Assembly: GCA_951406725.2 (NCBI GenBank)
Contig: OX597828.1
Span: forward strand, 22,816,001 to 22,880,000
Source: Octopus vulgaris
Lineage: Eukaryota
Direction of reading: 5' to 3'
Length of the DNA: 64,000 nt
Part shown: positions 56,720 through 64,000 of the stretch, piece after piece
Numbering within the stretch: position 1 is the first letter of the stretch
Layout of the letters: the number at the start of each line of letters is the position of its first letter
The notes under the pieces: generated by a model
Told to the model about the DNA's origin: nothing
Database searches by the model: none
The model's input: the letters and a program-made list of their open reading frames with translations, nothing else
Position numbers and translations under genes: made by a program

Positions 56720-57105
56720 AATTATAGCCAGCACGGACTTTTCTTGCTACGATTCGTGTACATGACGTCAGATGTAAACAAACAATGAGATCGAAGATAA
56801 AATCGCGTAATCGGCGTATATGCCATATTTCGTGGGGTTAGTCTTTCGTCAACCCCCATCTAACCCATTAATCATCCTCGAACACATAGCGAAATACCAC
56901 CTAACCCTAACCTACAAGTCATTAATATAAAACACTGTCTAGGTTTCGATAGTACACATATCGGTCATTCGAGCAGATGTGTTTCGATAAGAATTCCAAT
57001 TCATTACACTGCAAAGTTAATTATAATTCTGGCTCACCTGATGTCATAGGTGTTTACACGAACTGCGAGAAACAAGGCGACCCATATCTGCACCATCGAT
57101 ATAAC
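56720..57105. mobile_element. Possible MITE or HINE-like element
   Basis: Imperfect subterminal inverted blocks (ttcgtgtacatgacgtcag / ctgatgtcataggtgtttacacgaa) around a central cctaaccctaacct. Confidence 0.3.
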
Positions 57106-59760
57106 TGTCTGAGATTTTAATCCCAAGATGTATGTATGAATTCTTAATAGTTTACATAAAAATGAAATGCAATGGTTTAAAGCGTGTCTTTGTGCTTCTG
57201 CTGAAATATAGCTAATACATAGTTAATTAACAGCAACAACGGCAATACCATTAATGTCTATGGCCTCCTAATTAACAGCTCCGTTTCTACAAACAACTCC
57301 TTATACTGGTTCAAAGTGATGCAACCATCGCCAGAAAAAAGTGATATATCGTGGTGTCACCAAAGAAACGTGCAATTAATAAAATTAAATGCATTGAAAG
57401 TTGGTCTAAGTACATCATATTGACCATACAGAGATGGCATCCATTCAGCATAACATCTGCCTGACTTACTATCGCAAGGCTATAATTACATTACGGAACC
57501 ATACTTGATCAAGCGCACTAATGTGTAACCTTACACGACTTTACAAAGTTATGAAATTCCGCCGCATGTCTATAATTCTCGCCACTGGCCTATTAAATCC
57601 TAAACGTTTAACACCTACCTGACGCCTGTATGCCATCATGTCTACTACATATATATAATGTTAACAACAGTCGTCGGTGTCTAACCAAAGTCTCCTTGAC
57701 GAGAGATGTTCAAAGAGATGTTCAAATATTCTCGTGGAAAATCGTCCTAAAAGTTTTCTTTTGACCTGACCCCAAATACAAGTGAGAGTGTTAATGGGTT
57801 CACTCCGTATATATGAAACTACAATTAACGAGCAGGTCTGATTTAACCCCCTTTAGAGTGTAAATAATTTATATTACGGCTTTTATGAGGAAAAATGTCT
57901 TGGGCTTTATAACTCCCCCATATATATATATATATATATAACCTCAATAGTGACAAATAGCGAAACATTATTTGGGTCTTCACTAAGTGGGGTGATTAGC
58001 TAAAAATTATTCGCGTGAATCGATGAGAATACGTCAAGGATGGAGTACAAAAAAAGGTATTAGAATCTAGTCAGAGTATCTAAATAGCTACATCTATGAT
58101 CTATTGCTGCATAACTCTAAAGAGAGAAATATATATCAGTTATGTATTATGAGCACCATATATTTTCCTTACTAAATGCTAATCATTGTAAGGTAAACAA
58201 TGGACACCTGACGTTTTCTATTCATTGAATACCAAACCTTAAAGCTATACTACCGTATTCGGTGGAACACATTACACATCGACAACTAGATTCTAGAACC
58301 ACTTATCGTTAAATTCAAATATTATACTATTTCGTACTAGAATAGATTTCTTTTCGAAGGCCAATTCATGTATTGTGTGAAACACAATTATCAGCATAAC
58401 ACATATAAATATAGGCTATATGGGGGGACCCAATTTATATATTCCCTACAAGAATTAACAATTGCCGTGCCAAGCGACCATTAATCTATTAAAAAAAGTA
58501 GTATTTATTATATGCTTCAGAATATATTCTCATACACGCACAAACAAACACACACACGTACATACACACATATACACACATCGATATATGTGCTGGTATA
58601 CTTGCATGTACACTAAGAGCCATACACCGATGGGATTTCATACATACATATATATACACAGACACACACGTAGATGCATCCATATGCATTTACATATAAA
58701 GATAAAGAGTATATACATATATGTATATATGTGTGTGAGTGTGTGTGTGTGTATGTATGCGTGAAGGTATATGCGTGCACAAGCATAGTTGGACGTCTAA
58801 ACGTATATGGTAATAGAATAAAGGCATCTATTAATGTTTTGTACAGAGATAATTATGTACTTACATATATTTTTCAATTGATAATATTTCTCTATATGTA
58901 TGGATTGATATTCAGTGCCTCTTTCCAGAAATCTACCGAGCTACATACACACGTACACACACATGCCTATACATACATAGACACACACACACACAAACAG
59001 ACGTATCTGTTTCTTTGCGTATGTGTCTATACGCACACAATTATACTAATTACGTGTCGCTGTTCATGAATATTTGATATTTGTATAAGCTTGTAATATC
59101 TGCTCTTCTATGCGAAAACACATGTATGTATACAAATGTTTGTGTCTTGTATCGTGTTTTTCACTCCCTGTATTGTTTATCGACGCACATTGCCCACACA
59201 CACTTACAAACAGCTACCTGCATATATCACACATGCATGTATATATATATATATATATCCATATATATACATGCAATAACACATACACTAATCAGACACA
59301 CACACACACACACACAAATGCAAACACGCAAATGTATGTTCATATGATAGGTATATGACATTTTTACCAATTTTTCATATCCGTTTCGTGAAAGTTTCCT
59401 TTTGTAGTTATTATATTTTTTTGTGTCCTTATTTCTCTTTATTTTTCGAAACACATTTCTCGCATGAGAATTCACAATCACATTTTCTCAGTCTTTCGCA
59501 AAGAATGGTAGAAAAAAGTTCTACGAAACCCCACCACACCAAAATAAGAAAGAAGAAATAGATATATATATGTATATATATATATAAAACAAGAGTAATT
59601 ATAATTGGATAGTCGACTGCTTGTTAGTCTAACCAAACATGCTCACGACGGCAAATCATCTCCTCGTCCATACAATACACCCAAACTACATACATGCATA
59701 CATACATCCACATACACACATATTTATATACACTTGCCTATGTGTGTTTGATAGTGTATG

Positions 59761-59802
<42 letters not shown>

Positions 59803-60067
59803 TATATTATACACATATAGTGAGAGGGGGATACAAAGACGTGGAACAAATAATACCATAGGAGGAAAAAACTGTATTTTTAGGACAAGTATATATATAA
59901 TATAAATGAAACTGTAAAAACAAATATTCATATATGAGCATATATACATTCATACATATAATTGCAATAAAAGATTGTAGTGTATTTTTAGAACGTAGAT
60001 ATATATTCGTTTGTAAATGTTTTTCTCTCTTTCTCTATATATTTCTCTGAATATATTACACACAAAC

Positions 60068-60098
<31 letters not shown>

Positions 60099-60103
60099 CC
60101 TTC

Positions 60104-60140
<37 letters not shown>

Positions 60141-60180
60141 CATTCATATATATCTATATATATGTTTGTATATATATGTT

Positions 60181-60239
<59 letters not shown>

Positions 60240-60378
60240 ACATCTATGCATATTATATGTATATACATGTTTAAGATTTGTGCTACAAATTTGGGGTATT
60301 TCTCATGAACTTATTTTATTTTTTGTTTACTTTTCAACGTTTTATGTTTAGTTTATATGATACACTTGTTTTACTTAC

Positions 60379-60449
60379 CTCCCTCCCTCTACACCTCTCT
60401 CTCTGTCTCTGTCTCCCATCTGGCTCCACTCAACAATACCTAACATTGC
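60379..60449 (-). other. Candidate 71-nt exon
   Basis: gtgttgtttctacag|GCAATG...GGGAG|gtaagta; purine-rich body; phase-0 frame AMLGIVEWSQMGDRDRERGVEGG is open. Confidence 0.4.
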
Positions 60450-60556
60450 CTGTAGAAACAACACTTTAAGAGCTTCTGTTATATTTTAGAATCGTTCGAT
60501 TCCTCAATATCAGCTCCAATTGGGCTATCGTACGGTATCATCATGGACACGTTCGA

Positions 60557-60600
<44 letters not shown>

Positions 60601-60679
60601 GTTTTGGTTTTCCTCATTTTATCTCTACATATTTATTTTTTCACATAGCTGTTAGTTCCTACACATGAATATCTATGCG

Positions 60680-60720
<41 letters not shown>

Positions 60721-60721
60721 A

Positions 60722-61119
60722 TTCTTTTATTTGTGTTAGTCGTTTTTTTGCGGCCATGTTGGCGCACCGCATCTTATTCGAATAAATTGATATACACCAG
60801 GACTTATTCTTTGAAAGCCTAGTACTTATTATATCGGTTTCTTTCGCCGAACCGCTGAGTTACAGGCACGTAAACACGCCGACATCGGTTGTCAAGCGAG
60901 GGTGGTGGGGACGAACAGACACACAAATACACACACATACACACATATACATACATATAGATACGACAGGCTTCTTTCAGTTTCCGTCTACCAAATCCAC
61001 CCAAAAGGCTTTGGTCGGCCCGAGACAATAGTAGAAGACACTTGCTCAAGGTGCCACGCATCGGAACTGAACACGGAACCATGTGGTTGGTAAGCGATCT
61101 ACTCACCACACAGCCACTC
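60722..61119 (-). mobile_element. SINE family A, full-length
   Basis: Reverse complement of 40128-40556. Confidence 0.92.
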
Positions 61120-61449
61120 ATATGTATATATATTTATATATACACATATATATATTTATATATACACATATGCATCTAGGTGTATAGGTGTGCATGTATG
61201 GGTGTAGGTATGTAATTAATTTTCAAACGATTTCATTGGATCATTGGAATACGCGCATATAAGCATATTCTGGCAAACAGACACACAGACAAACACACAC
61301 TCTCACGGGTAAACCCGTGTATACAAGATACTTTCTAATTATCCCATTGTTTCTTTTCCTTCTACAAATGCAGCAGCAATCCTCATGATCATCACCACCA
61401 ATATGATAGAAACAGTGACCATTCGTACTTATATAAATTAGGTAATGTG

Positions 61450-61770
61450 ATGGGCAGAAATGTCAGCACTCGCGATAAAATAATTAGCAGTATTCCATAC
61501 ATGTTTGGAGTTCAATTTGCGACCAGACCGACTTTAGGTTTTACCGTTTGTTGCTGATAAAAAAAAAAATACCAGTTGCGGATCTGGAGTCGATGTAATT
61601 GAATTGTGCCCTTCACACAAATGCCAAGCTTTGCCAGTATCATTGATATTGATATGGCTGTGGGCTGAGAGAATCGTTTGGAAGCCTGGCAAGATGGTAA
61701 GTGGTATTTCGCCCGTCGTTATATCATGAGCGTAAATTCAGTTGTGATGAACTTTGCCTTCCATATACAT
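61450..61770 (+). mobile_element. Two old SINE family B copies
   Basis: ggagttcaattt...gtcgatgtaattga; ggtatttcgcc...actttgccttccat. Confidence 0.55.
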
Positions 61771-62001
61771 CGCAGTTGAAAGAATAACTGCATAGTCACA
61801 GTCTAATAACAGGAAAGAGAAAGAGATAAAATATATGTGTATGACTGCGTGTACATGTATATATATACAGATACACACACACACACATACATATGTATAT
61901 ATACATACAAACATATAAGCTATAGTGGCATTTACTAATGTATTACGTTAAAGGAGCAAGAGAAATGAGTTGAAGATATGATATAAGGTTAGAATATACG
62001 T

Positions 62002-62058
<57 letters not shown>

Positions 62059-62435
62059 TGGTGGGATTTTCGTGTGTGTGTGTGAAGATCTCTTGAACAC
62101 CCATTGACACAAGTCAGCTAGTACATTATTCATGGGGACAAAGGCTCGGGACCGTATTGATAGTGAAATGTTTAGCATTTTTGCCCTGTAAGACAAAGAG
62201 TTCGCCCTTTAACTAAACATAGGAGATATTTAATTATTGTTTATGAATTGCTGCATTTGGTATTTGTAACTCGTTTACAGACGCTTATACGCATATAAGT
62301 CATCTATCTATCTATCACCCTACCTACCTGTCTATGTGTATTCACGTATCTATATGTACATATATACGTATATATACACACACATATATATATATGTGTG
62401 TGTGTGTGTGTTTATATATACATATACAGGCATGA

Positions 62436-62479
<44 letters not shown>

Positions 62480-62527
62480 CTGCGTATGTATGTATGCAAC
62501 AGCTGACCAGGCACCTCTTCGTGTATG

Positions 62528-62576
<49 letters not shown>

Positions 62577-62593
62577 AATATTAAATTTCTAAA

Positions 62594-62648
<55 letters not shown>

Positions 62649-62940
62649 CATGTATGTGTGTATGTATGCATGTATATGTATGCATGTACATGTGCATTCG
62701 TCAGAGTGTGTCTGTGAATAAATGTCTAGATAATGCAAGACTGTGGTTAAGAACGGGTGTAGAGAGGGAAAGAGAGAGGAAATAAGAGCGGTATAGAGAA
62801 GAGAGAAGAGATAATAAATCGGAATACAATCTTCATTTCCATTCCAATTTCTAAATGTCCATTACGTTATAGATTAAATAAATATCGTGAGTACTTGAAA
62901 CACGGGCTGCTTAGACACACATACATACATACACACACAA

Positions 62941-63001
<61 letters not shown>

Positions 63002-63524
63002 AATATATGTATATATATATATATATACACATACATATAAACATATTTATTCATATTGGTATATATATATATATATATATATACAAACATACGCACATAT
63101 ATATATAGGTATATATATATGTATATGTGCATATATGTATATATATATATATTTGCATGCATAAATGTTAAGTGCAAATAAGAACAATATGTACAAATAT
63201 GTACACATGTATTTAATTTTATTGTATCTTAATCCAGACCCTTGCCAGTCCAACACTAAAGCCACCACCAAAACAATGAGCACTAATAAACACACACACA
63301 CACCGGCTCTAGTACACCGCCAACACCAAGTGTACCATGTACAGTACAGCCATTAACAAAAGCAAACAGCAATAATACAGTCACTACGAGCACCGAAAGC
63401 AAAGAAAATCGGTTGAAATTAGTCTTAATATATCTTCATACGTACTTCCTTTTGAGACACGCGCATATATCCATGTTAAGCGTATATATGCATGTACATG
63501 TGTGCGTATGTGTGTGTATATATG

Positions 63525-63577
<53 letters not shown>

Positions 63578-63623
63578 TTTGTATATATATATATATGTAT
63601 ATACATGCGTGTGTGTGTGTGTG

Positions 63624-63681
<58 letters not shown>

Positions 63682-63774
63682 TACACACACAAACACACAC
63701 ACACATATAATTGTTGCAATTATATATTGCAGAAAGTAAATATAGACCCACGCATACACACACTCGCCTAAAGT

Positions 63775-63814
<40 letters not shown>

Positions 63815-63875
63815 AATATGAGTATATATATTCAAATATGAGTATATATATAATTTTCGCGTAGAAATTAATAAA

Positions 63876-63917
<42 letters not shown>

Positions 63918-64000
63918 TGTGTTTGAGTGTGTCTATTTTTATTTATGTATATTAATATATGTATATATGTATATATATATATATATATGTGTGTGTGTAT

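Overview
Eukaryotic, very AT-rich, microsatellite-saturated DNA. The SINE families and repeat landscape point to an octopus (coleoid cephalopod) intron or intergenic region; this is inferred, not searched. No intact, recognisable conserved protein-coding gene, rRNA, true tRNA or CRISPR array is present, and nearly all listed ORFs are translations of simple repeats. Supported content: three or more tRNA-derived SINE families (about 25 copies), a full-length decayed Tc1 transposon, a second Tc1/mariner remnant, a non-autonomous Helitron, and fragments of Dong/R4, other RLE-type, Tx1/L1, CR1-like and RTE LINEs. There are also two Penelope-like (probably Naiad-clade) coding remnants. Leads worth following: (1) a chain of minus-strand exons with good splice signals, including 12- and 29-nt microexons at 20.5-21.2 kb, that can be joined in frame into an unrecognised protein; (2) short non-coding inserts in (TA)n tracts carrying fold-back arms and variant-core minimal hammerhead ribozyme motifs; (3) an exact 40-bp templated copy of a decayed SINE; (4) apparent partitioning of element types among microsatellite classes.
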